This document shows positions 51,255 through 61,539 of a stretch of DNA of 64,000 nt, one piece after another. The notes beneath the pieces are model-generated. The model had not been told where the DNA came from, did not search any database, and was given only the letters and a program-made list of their open reading frames with translations. Made by a program: the position numbers and the translations under genes. How positions within the stretch are numbered: position 1 is the first letter of the stretch; every line of letters begins with the position of its first letter. Source of the DNA: Squalus acanthias (Eukaryota); assembly GCA_030390025.1 (NCBI GenBank), contig CM059433.1, positions 11,968,001 to 12,032,000 on the forward strand, in the 5' to 3' direction.

Positions 51255-51514
51255 AACTGTTTGATGCTAGAAAGTCAGGTTTCCCCTCAAATTGTACTAT
51301 TTTCAAAGTACATAGATTTGACTTTAACTAAAAAAAAATATATTCTGCAGTTTACCTTCTTAGGAACATAGAGAATGCAGTCTAATAGCTGGAAATAAAG
51401 TAAACACCTAATATTGTGGAAAAGGACTGTGCATCATTGTATCCAGCGCTCCCACACATGTGTAGAACATGGAGAGTCAGAGAGAATGCAACCTCACTTG
51501 ATATCCACATTAGA
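51255..51514 (-). ncRNA. Degenerate U17 (SNORA73/E1, snR30 family) H/ACA snoRNA-like relic in RPS7 intron 6
   Basis: Minus strand TCTAATGTGGATATC..GTGAGGTT...GGGAGC...ATGATGCACAGTCCTTTTCCACAATATTAG resembles the U17 5' domain; m1-like ATGTTCCTA at 51369-51361; H box missing in sense orientation; 3' domain decayed. Confidence 0.55.
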
Positions 51515-51727
51515 AAGTTTCCAATTTAAACATCAAGTGTTAATAAGCATGGGTTTTAATAATAGTATAAAACTAAACAAGATTCCCTGTCCTAACTATA
51601 AATTAGAATGAGGGATCCCTAGAGTTGTGTCAACACCTAAACATTAAGAGTACTCCTCATAAATAATGAATAGTGAGGAACTGTACAAATATCTCAAGAG
51701 CAGGGTGCATCTGCATTACTGGGTTTA

Positions 51728-51958
<231 letters not shown>

Positions 51959-52443
51959 TTAGCATTGAGCAAACGTAAATGTTAAATTATCAGGTTAACA
52001 TTGGTTATTTCTTCAGTATACTGCTCCCATTAATGTCTAATACTATTATGCACCTTAACCTGCTCAGCTGGTCCCTCTTGGGGGTAAATTGCACAAAAAT
52101 GCTGTAATACAGCTGTAGTTCCATTGACATTAACAGTACAGATTTTTTTTAATGATATAAACAGGTTTAAATTGAGTCCCTAGACCTGAAAAGGTCCACA
52201 AGCTCATCAGATTCCAGCCTCAAATTTCTGAATTTTAGCGACTCAATAATGTTGCTACAGGGTAATAAAGAGCTTCTCCAAATGTTTTTCTTTGGATAGT
52301 TGACAGAATTTTGAACTGGGGATCCTTGGGAGAACCAATATTTGCAAGGCACCCCACACAAAGTTTGAAAATCACTGCTTCAGCCAGACTTTCTACGATA
52401 CTTAAGACAGTACTAAAGCCAATACAAGAGTTGGTCCTCAGTA

Positions 52444-52956
52444 CAGGTTGAGCGGCCAAAATCCAGAGTTCCGGAATCCGGAACGATTGGCGGCAGGGTC
52501 GTCCAGAATCCAGATTTTGGACGCTCAACTTGTACTTCAAAAAGCCATTAACTTTTGTCTTTTTTTGAAAAATCCGATGAAAAATGCGAGTGATGCAATA
52601 AAACTTTATTGTTGTGTTTTTTCCTCCTTAATCTGCACAGCTCCACTAAGTGTTTCTGCCAGGCTGCGGCCACGGCACCACGCCGCCCTGGTGGCCTAGT
52701 GTGGGCCATCGGATGCTCTGCAGAGCTCGCAGCGTCCCCTCCCCTTTAACAGAAGGGGAGGGGCGGAGAAACGTGTCAGCGCAACGGCCCAGGCATTTCC
52801 GGACTCGGAACGTGTTTCTGATGTCCGAAGTCAGGAAACGCCCGAGCTCAGGTTGCAATATTTCCGGACATCAGAAACACATTCCAAAGTCCGGAAAAAC
52901 ACGAAAACTGGCTCGGCCTCGGTCCCGAAGTTGCCGGATTCAGGACGCTCAACCTG
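52444..52956. mobile_element. Tigger-like MITE in RPS7 intron 5
   Basis: TA flanks; CAGGTTGAGCG / CGCTCAACCTG termini; additional internal right end at 52532. Confidence 0.8.
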
Positions 52957-53700
52957 TATTACCAATTGAAAATGTTGTTTGTAAAGAATGCTTCAAAACA
53001 CACAACTTCTCCTGTGACAACAGGTCTGGAAATGACCCTTGCATGGATAAGTTCAAATGTTTAACCATCATTTTCTGGAACATACATATTGCAGGAAACC
53101 TTTATATGCCAATACAATTTCTCCAAGTCATTCTTCCCCCACAGCTATAATGAAACTCATTAAACAACATCTGACCTAGTAGTTTGTCTTCAGTTGTAAA
53201 CTTATAGAATCAGAGCACAAGAGGTCATTCGGCCCAACGTGTCTGTGCCGGCTCTTTGAACGAGCTATCCAGTTAGTCTCACTCACTTGCCACTTCTCCA
53301 TAGCCCTGCACATTTCTCCCTTTGTCCACAAGCCAAATTATGACTTGTAAGCTAAATTTTAAACTTTTATACAAACACTCAAAACCAAATCTCTCATTAA
53401 AAACACTATTTAGTAACAAAAAACAAAACAAGTGCGAGGTATAAAGCATGAAGCCATATCCATGCACTCTCTCTCCTGGCTGTTCCATGAGACCCAACAT
53501 GCAACCAGCAGCCTGAGAAAGTCAATGTCCTAATCTAACTCATCCCATTATATCCATCTGTACCACACACTTTCTGGGAAACAAATGCTGCACTGGTGGT
53601 CTGCTCAGTTTGTCGGATAACCGTCAACCATTGATATGACACCAACATTTGTGCTACACAATTTCAACAGATGTACAGACAATTAGAAGAGGGCATTTAC

Positions 53701-53765
53701 CTTCTGGGACGCTTCTGCTTGTTCTTGTTTCTGCTTTTTCTGGTTGGTTTTGGCAAAATTCTCCT
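53701..53765 (-). CDS. RPS7: RPS7 coding exon, 65 nt
   Basis: RRILPKPTRKSRNKNKQKRPR(S); AG/GT. Confidence 0.97.
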
Positions 53766-53830
53766 CTATATAAAAAAAACACAAGTGCCAATTTTAATAA
53801 GTTCATACAGGAAAGTCTGGAATTACATCA

Positions 53831-54013
<183 letters not shown>

Positions 54014-54744
54014 CTACCATAAAAACAAGCAAGCCATTAAAAAATAAATCTACTCAAATTAAAAAACTGAATGCAGTGAAATCTAAAAACAAAGTCACAG
54101 CGCCCCCTTAAGCAGAAGATCATCAAGAATGGTGTAGGTTTTAAAGATAGAAAACTAATTGGGACTTTACGTTGCCATATTACACAATGCACTGCATAAT
54201 GCTTTCAATTCAACACAAAATACAACAACTTGCCTTTATATAAACATATAGTAAAATATCCCAAGGCGCATCACAGGCACGTTAACCAAATTTGACATAC
54301 CCAAAATAATATATCTACTCAGTGATAGTCCAAAGACTCAGTGTTTACCACTCTACTTACCGGGAACAAACTTAAATACTCAATACTATGGAAATCCATT
54401 GTGCAAAAGAGCTACACTTCCATGTGATAGGAAATGAGTCAAAAAAGCAAATTACAAAGTTGTTCTATTTCAAGAATCAGATTCAAATCAATTTAGAAGT
54501 TCGCTACCCAGATTCTAGCTGGTGAGCAAATATATTTTTTTTTAAACTGAAAATTAAGACTGACCAAGATATCAGCAGAAACCACTTGAGGATTCAATTA
54601 AGACAGCCAAACTGAATAACCAGCAATATCCACTGGTCCAACAAACAAGAAATAATGAATATACAAACCAAGACGTTTGATGGAAAGAATTTCTGTACTA
54701 CACAGTGCAGCAATCATAATTTAGTGCTGAAATACTTTGCAGAA

Positions 54745-55024
54745 GTCAGAATCCCATTTGAACAGCATTCCATGTGCTGGTTTTGGTCCCACAAACCAAT
54801 ATGCTAAGACTGTACAATACCTCAGGTGGCAGTTCTCAAAATTCTCAAATTTTGGTGCAGTGGAAAAGGGAATCGGGTTGCCTCAACCTCTTTGTAGTTA
54901 GTTAAGTTTCTCATCTATTTCTCAGAATTTTGAGAACTGCCACCTGAGGTATTGTACAGTCTTGGCATATTGGTTTATTGGACCAAAACCAGAACACAGA
55001 ATGCTGTTCAAATGGGATTCGGAC
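54745..55024. repeat. Inverted repeat, 101-bp arms, 78-bp spacer
   Basis: 54745-54845 versus reverse complement of 54924-55024: 7 mismatches by manual alignment. Confidence 0.95.
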
Positions 55025-55556
55025 GCCCCCAAATTATTTCAGCATCAAACTATAACACTTTGGATACTGTTCCAGAGAAAGGGGGGGGTGGGGGGAAGGA
55101 GGGAGAACTCCCACAATGCACCCAAATATCTGACAAGAGCTTGAACTCCCCAGCACCAAAAGACTGGAACAAACTGAAACCCCAGGAGGGGAAAGCTTGC
55201 CTTAAGAAAACTTCTTGGTATACGGAGGTCTGCCCCTTACACATCAGTTAATCTCACTGTTCAACGATTATCAGTCACAGTTACCAGAGACCAATTTGCC
55301 TCTGTGCAGCCAGCCAAAGCTTGTGCTTAGTCATTGTGCCAACTACTGACCAGTACCTTAAACCAGTGACAGATTGTTCCCCTGTCCATTATAGTGAACC
55401 TTCAATAATAGTACCATGCCTTTTAAAGTATTACAATCACAAAAATTACAACAGTATCAGTAGTGAAATTGCCCGCAGAGCGCTCGCTTTTGGTGGCCAA
55501 GACCCCATCTGGAATAATGAATGACCCCGACCCAAGTATATAAAAGTATATAAAAA

Positions 55557-55690
55557 ATGGCTGATGAAACGTCATCGACCTGAAACGTTAACTCTCTTTC
55601 TCTCTCCACGGATGCTGCCTGGCCTGCTGAGTTTTTCCAGCGTTTTCTGTTGTTATTTCAGATTTCCAGCATCCGCAGCATTTTGCTATC
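55557..55690 (+). mobile_element. Penelope-like terminus mini-insertion starting at the hammerhead core
   Basis: 11-bp TSD GTATATAAAAA (55546-55556 and 55691-55701). Confidence 0.75.
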
Positions 55691-56535
55691 GTATATAAAA
55701 ATATAGATTAACTGAGATGACTTCCAGTTGGTCAGTCAGCACTCGCTGCAATCCCGCACAAATAATGGCTATTTGGGAGATGCACCAGAGGGCAACCACT
55801 ATTATGGAGCCATACCCTTACGAGGGAGTGATGTCTTCAGAATAAGAGGGAACAAAATTGGAGAACAAAAAAAAACCAGCAGCTGCAAACCAGTAAGGTG
55901 ACCACAGGAACAAATTCAGTCCCAACTGTTACATTTTAAGTACAATTACAATCTCCAAGTTACCAACATGACAATTTGAACAGGCATTCCTTACTACCAT
56001 GATAATCTCTGCATTAAGTCTTGCTAATTTACTTTTAACATGAAATACAGAAGCCCAAGTCCAACAGGCTCCGAATTAAACCCAAGCCCAATCATACAAA
56101 ACACTGGTTAAGCCGGTTAGAGTACCGTGTGCAGTTTTGACCACCCCATTATAGAAAGAACAACAAAGCCAGAGCATAGATTTACCAGGATGTCAGGGAA
56201 GAGAAAAGAATGGATACATCAACACTATTTTTACTCAGATGGTTAACAGCATTAAACAGGAGTTTTTTTTTCTCCAAATTAGGAAGGCTTTTGACTGAAT
56301 AAGAAAATTTCCTCTTGTTTGCGAGTCAGTGGCAAGCGTATTTGCCATCAATTTAGACTAGTGCATCTTTAAAAAAAGAGGGGGCCATGGGGTTAGCTTT
56401 GGATTGCTCTAGCAGAGATTTGGTATAGACATAATGGGCTGAATGGCCTTCCTATGGCTCTGGATTTTAAAAAAGGCCTGAAACTTCTTGCTTATCATGG
56501 ACTGCCAAGAACTTGAACTATGTTAAAGCATTCTA

Positions 56536-56667
<132 letters not shown>

Positions 56668-56923
56668 CTACAATAAAAGTTGAAGCAGTATTTCAGACAT
56701 TTGTAATGTTCGGTTAACAGCCAACAGCCTATCCCATACAGTTCTGCAAGAAAAGCGATCTCTTATAACCGCACAGTCTCCCCAGCCCGAAAAACAACCA
56801 TTTTGACAGATTACTGCAAAGTTAGCAAATACTAGACAGTCCTCTTCAGATGGTGATCCAAGTTTGTGAATACTATAAACGCACAACACCATCGACTTAA
56901 CACAAGGCTGAACTAAGCTCTTA

Positions 56924-57073
<150 letters not shown>

Positions 57074-57254
57074 CTATCTCTGCTGAGGAAGAGAAAACTA
57101 CCATCAGCCAGTGTTTTAATACACACATCGCCTGCAATAAGCAAAAGACACCCACACACCAGCAGACATGCAGCCAGAGGGATAAGTGAGGCAAGAACAG
57201 AACAAGGCCGATCTGATCAGCTTTTAAACATACAAACATATATACACATACACA

Positions 57255-57530
57255 TATCACATTTAACGTAGTAAAACATCCCACGGCGCTTCGCAGGAGT
57301 GTTATCAAACAAAATTTAACACCAGAGCCACGAGGAGATATTTGGCCAGGTGGCAAAAGCTTGCTCAAAGAGGTGGGTTTTAAGGAGCATCTTAAAGGAG
57401 GGAGAGAGAGGTGGAGAAGTTTAGGGAGGGAATGCCAGAGCTTGGGGCCGAGGCAACTGAAGGCATGGCCGTCAATAAGGGGGGGGGGGGGGGGGGTAAA
57501 TGAAAATCGGGGATGCACAGAAGGCCAGAA
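57255..57530 (-). mobile_element. L2-like LINE 3' fragment in RPS7 intron 1
   Basis: IDGHAFSCLGPKLWHSLP peptide and L2-type tail. Confidence 0.65.
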
Positions 57531-57688
57531 TTGGAACAGCAATCAGTACCAATCTGGGACTGAACGTGGGGGAAATCGTGAGCGGCCTGGAGAAGGGCCG
57601 CCGGAAGCCCAAGGAGGAGGGTTAAAAAAACAACTCAACTTTCATCCCCCTCCACCCCACCCCGACAAGTGCGAGCAGGCGGCTGCGG

Positions 57689-58099
57689 CCCGGCTACAGA
57701 ATGGAGCAGAGCCCGGGGCGCCCCGGCTACAGAATGGAGCAGAGCCCGGGGCCCCGGCAGAATGGAGCAGAGCCCGGGGCCCTGGCAGAATGGAGCGGGG
57801 GCCCCGGCTACAGAATGGAGCAGAGCCCGGGGCCCTGGCAGAATGGAGCGGGGGCCCCGGCTACAGAATGGAGCAGAGCCCGGGGCCCTGGCAGAATGGA
57901 GCGGGGGCCCCGGCTACAGAATGGAGCAGAGCCCGGGGCCCCGGCAGAATGGAGCGGGGGCCCCGGCTACAGAATGGAGCAGAGCCCGGGGGCCCTGGCA
58001 GAATGGAGCGGGTGCCCCGGCCACAGAATGGAGCAGAGCCCGGGGGCCCGGCAGAATGGAGCGGGGGCCCCGGCTACAGAATGGAGCAGAGCCCGGGGC
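57689..58099 (+). repeat. GC-rich minisatellite (AGAATGGAGC core, ~15 cores, 28+25 bp higher-order unit) in RPS7 intron 1
   Basis: Directly visible. Confidence 0.95.
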
Positions 58100-58368
58100 T
58101 GCAGGGAGGCGCGTGGCCCAGGTGCAGGCCCGGGCCGGCCGAGCTCGCGCAGTCTCAGAGCGGGCTCCACCTCCTCTCCCCACTGGCCTGACATTTTTTT
58201 AAAAACCCCCGATCCTCGCCCTCACAGCCGCCATCCGGCCGCACAAACACTCCAATCCGAACCATCTCACCCCCACAAGCCGCTGCCCGTCGATACCGGG
58301 CGGTTTTGGGCACCCCCACCCCCTTGAAATGTGAGAGAAACGGCGGGCGCAAGGAGCCGGCCACCGAC

Positions 58369-58490
58369 CTGAGCAAACAGCGGCCGTCGAAAGAGGGCCA
58401 ACTCTCGCGAGACTCGGCTTTAAGAGACAGTCGGGGGCGGGGCTGCCGGGAGTCGGCGCGCCGGGTCCACTGTTGCCATAGCGACCGGGC
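58369..58490 (-). promoter_or_regulatory. RPS7: RPS7 non-coding exon 1 (5'TOP/TCT initiator) and CpG-island core promoter
   Basis: Minus strand CCCTCTTTC (58397-58389) then CAG|GTCGGT donor at 58369/58368; palindromic TCTCGCGAGA at 58403-58412; RFX X-box-like GTTGCCATAGCGAC at 58472-58485; CpG-rich ~57560-58560. Confidence 0.8.
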
Positions 58491-58515
58491 GCTGCGGCCT
58501 AGCCTGGCCCTGGCA

Positions 58516-59410
58516 CCCTCACTGTGACAGAACAGGCTCCAGAGGGCTCGCTACCCGGGAGTCCTCCCTTTATCTATTGGGTGGGCTTGGCATGGAGGGT
58601 GTTGCACGGAGCAGTCCCGTGCAATAAATTTTTAAGTAGGTTCACGGACTCCCCCAGGCTGCCTGCCTTTTCTGCGGGTTCCATGTTTATATGGAGTGTG
58701 AGAGGTTGCAGCCCCCTCTTCCACTATTTGAAGGGGCTGCTCCTCGATTTTTGGTTGCACTTCAGTCCCACGCTCCTGATCTTCAGTCACTCGGTGCGGA
58801 GGGGAGCGGGCAGGTCAGAGGACCTCCTCGTGGGACTGCTCCTGGGCCTGGCCAAAGTGGCCATCAATAGGTCCAGGCAGTGGGCGGTCGAGGGGGTCGT
58901 ACGGCCCGATTGCCTGCCTCTCTTCCGCGACTATGTTCGCGCCCGGGTGGCTCTGGAGATGGAGCACGCGGTGTCCGCCGGCACACTTGAGGCATTCCGA
59001 GACCGGTGGGCGCCGCGGGGACTGGAGTGCATCATCTCCCCGGCCAATATAATTTTAATTTAATTTGATAAATTTTATTTAAAGTTATATTGATTTACAG
59101 TTAATTGGTTCAACAAAAGAGGACCCTCACTGTGACAGACAGGCTCCAGAGGGCTTTCTACCCGGGAGTCCTCCCTTTATCTATTGGGTGGGCTTGGCAT
59201 GGAGGGTGTTGCACGGAGCAGTCCCGTGCAATAAATTTTTAAGTAGGTTCACGGACTCCCCCAGGCTGCCTTTTCTGCGGGTTCCATGTTTATATGGAGT
59301 GTGAGAGGTTGCTGCCCCCTCTTCCACTATTTGAAGAGGCTGCTCCTCGATTTTTGGCTGCACTTCAGTCCCACGCTCCTGATTAACCCCAGTAACCAAA
59401 TTTTAATTTA
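58516..59410 (+). mobile_element. Tandemly duplicated Tx1/L1-clade LINE 3' fragment
   Basis: LAWRVLHGAVPCNKFLSRF...LLLGLAKVAINRSR (C-terminal zinc-finger region); copies start at 58516 and 59124. Confidence 0.7.
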
Positions 59411-59944
59411 ATTCGAGTCATCGACCTAAAACATTAACTCTGTTTCTCTCTCCACAGATGCTGCCTGACCTGCTGAGTATTTCCAGCATTTTCTTTTTTT
59501 TCTTTTTAATTTAATTAAGTTTCATTTGATGTATTTTTGTTAAGTTACAGGTTTTTTTTGTCTCTTGATTGCACCAAAAGAGCAGCCTGAGGCACAGTCA
59601 AGAAACTAATAAAGGTCACACTGGCCCCAAAGAGTCAGCTCCACCCTCCTCGCTAAAGAGATCTCCACAAGTTCCCCTTGCAGACCTCCCTTAGTCTGTT
59701 GGGGGCTTATCCTGGAGGGTGTTGCACAGAGCAGTTTTTCTTTGTTCAACAGGTGCTGCTGCTGCTAGAGAGAGAGAGTCTCTCTGTGAGAGGAGGAGGA
59801 GGAGCTGCCTGCGACTGCTACAGTGGTGCCTGGAGAGAGGAGACACTGCATACACATTATGGAAAAGACGCACAACTCTACGCTTATAAAATTTTTTTTA
59901 TTAGTTTATGGGATGTGGGCTTCGATGGCAAGGCAATATATTTC

Positions 59945-60235
59945 CAATACAAAAGCAAAATACTGCGGATGCTGGAAATCTGAAATAAAAAGCGAAAATG
60001 CTGGAAATACTCAGCAGGTCAGGCAGCATCTGTGGAGAGAGAAACAGAGTTAACGTTTCAGGTCGATGACCCTTCGTCAGAACTGGAAAAAGTTGGAGAT
60101 GGAACAGGTTCTTAAGCAAGGGCAGAAGCAGGGAAAGGGGGGAGGGGAGGAAAGAACAAACGGGAAGGTCTGTGATAGGATGGAAGGCAGGAGAGATTAA
60201 GAGACAAAAGGGATGATGATGCAAGGCAAAGGAAA
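59945..60235 (-). mobile_element. Penelope-like terminus with intact hammerhead motif
   Basis: Minus strand AGTT CTGACGA A GGGTC ATC GACCT GAAA CG TT AACT at 60084-60048. Confidence 0.8.
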
Positions 60236-61539
60236 TATATTTCCAAGTCAGGATGGTGTGTACTCTTTTGGTGCACACTGTAAACAAATAAACTGTAACT
60301 AAAAAAATCTATTAAAGAAAACTTAACAACTTAAATTAAAATTTGGTTGGTCGGGGATGATGATGCACTCCAGTCCCTGCGGTGCCCACTGGTCGTGGAA
60401 GGCCTCGAGCGTGCCGGCACACACCGCGTGCTCCATCTCCAGGGCCACCCGGTTGCAAACGTGGCCGCAGGATGGTGTGTGATTTGGAGGGGAACTTGGA
60501 GGTGGTGGTGTTCCTGTGCGCCTGCTGCCCTTGTCCTTCTAGGTGGAAGAAGAAGTCGCGGGTTTGGGAGGTGCTGCCGAAGAAGCCTTGGCGAGTTGCT
60601 GCAGTGCATCTTGTAGATGGTACACACTGCAGCCACATTGCGGCGATGGTGGAGGGAGTGAATGTTTAAGGTGGTGGATGGGGTGCCAATCAAGCGGGCT
60701 GCTTTGTCCTGGATGGCGTCGAGCCTCTTGAGTGAAACGTTAACTCTGTTTCTCTCTCTCCACAGATAAGCTGATTGCTACCAGCATTTTCTGTTTTTTT
60801 TTATATTTCAGATTTCCAGCATCCACAGTATTTTTGTTTTGTTTATATATTTTTTAATTTATTTATGGGATGTGGGTGTCGCTGGCAAGGCCAGCATTTA
60901 TTGCCCATCCCTAATTGCCCTTGAGAAGGTGGTGGTGAGCCGCCTTCTTGAACTGCTGCAGTCCGTGTGGTGAAGGTGCTCCCACAGTGCTGTTAGGGAG
61001 GGAGTTCCAGGATTTTGACCCAGCGACGATGAAGGATCGGCCATATACTTCTAAGTCAGGATGGTGTGTGACTTGTAGGGGAACTTGGAGGTGGTGGTGT
61101 TCCCATGCGCCTGCTGCCCTTGTCCTTCTAGGTGGAAGAGGTCACAGGTTTGGGAGGTGCTGCAGAAGTAGCCTTGGCGAGTTGCTGCAGTGCATCTTGT
61201 AGATGGTACACACTGCAGCCACGGTACACCGGTGGTGGAGGGAATGAATGTTTAAGGTGGTGGATATCCTCCTCTTCCTCCAATATTTCTCTCTCTTTCA
61301 AAGCCGTTGACTCCTGCTCTTGCAATGTTCCAGTATCTCACTCAAGTGACCATTCTTCGCATGCAGCAAGCCCAAAAGACAGTGCCTACGTGCCAACCTG
61401 GAAAACTGGCAAAAAGCTGACCAACCAACGGCTTCAAGAGATCTGACAGCGGCCAAAAGCTGACTGCTCAAAAGGATGCAGGACTGTGGGCTTATGACAT
61501 AGTGGCACAGCAAATTCAGCGGGGAGAACATAAACAAAA

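Noticed and set aside
56770..56790. CTGGGGAGAC (minus strand) as a second U17 copy in RPS7 intron 2
   Set aside because: Only a ~10-nt match; no m1, m2 or 5' stem nearby.
57361..58327. ORFs of 177-276 aa on + strand
   Set aside because: Translations of the GC-rich minisatellite and an L2 fragment, antisense to RPS7 intron 1.
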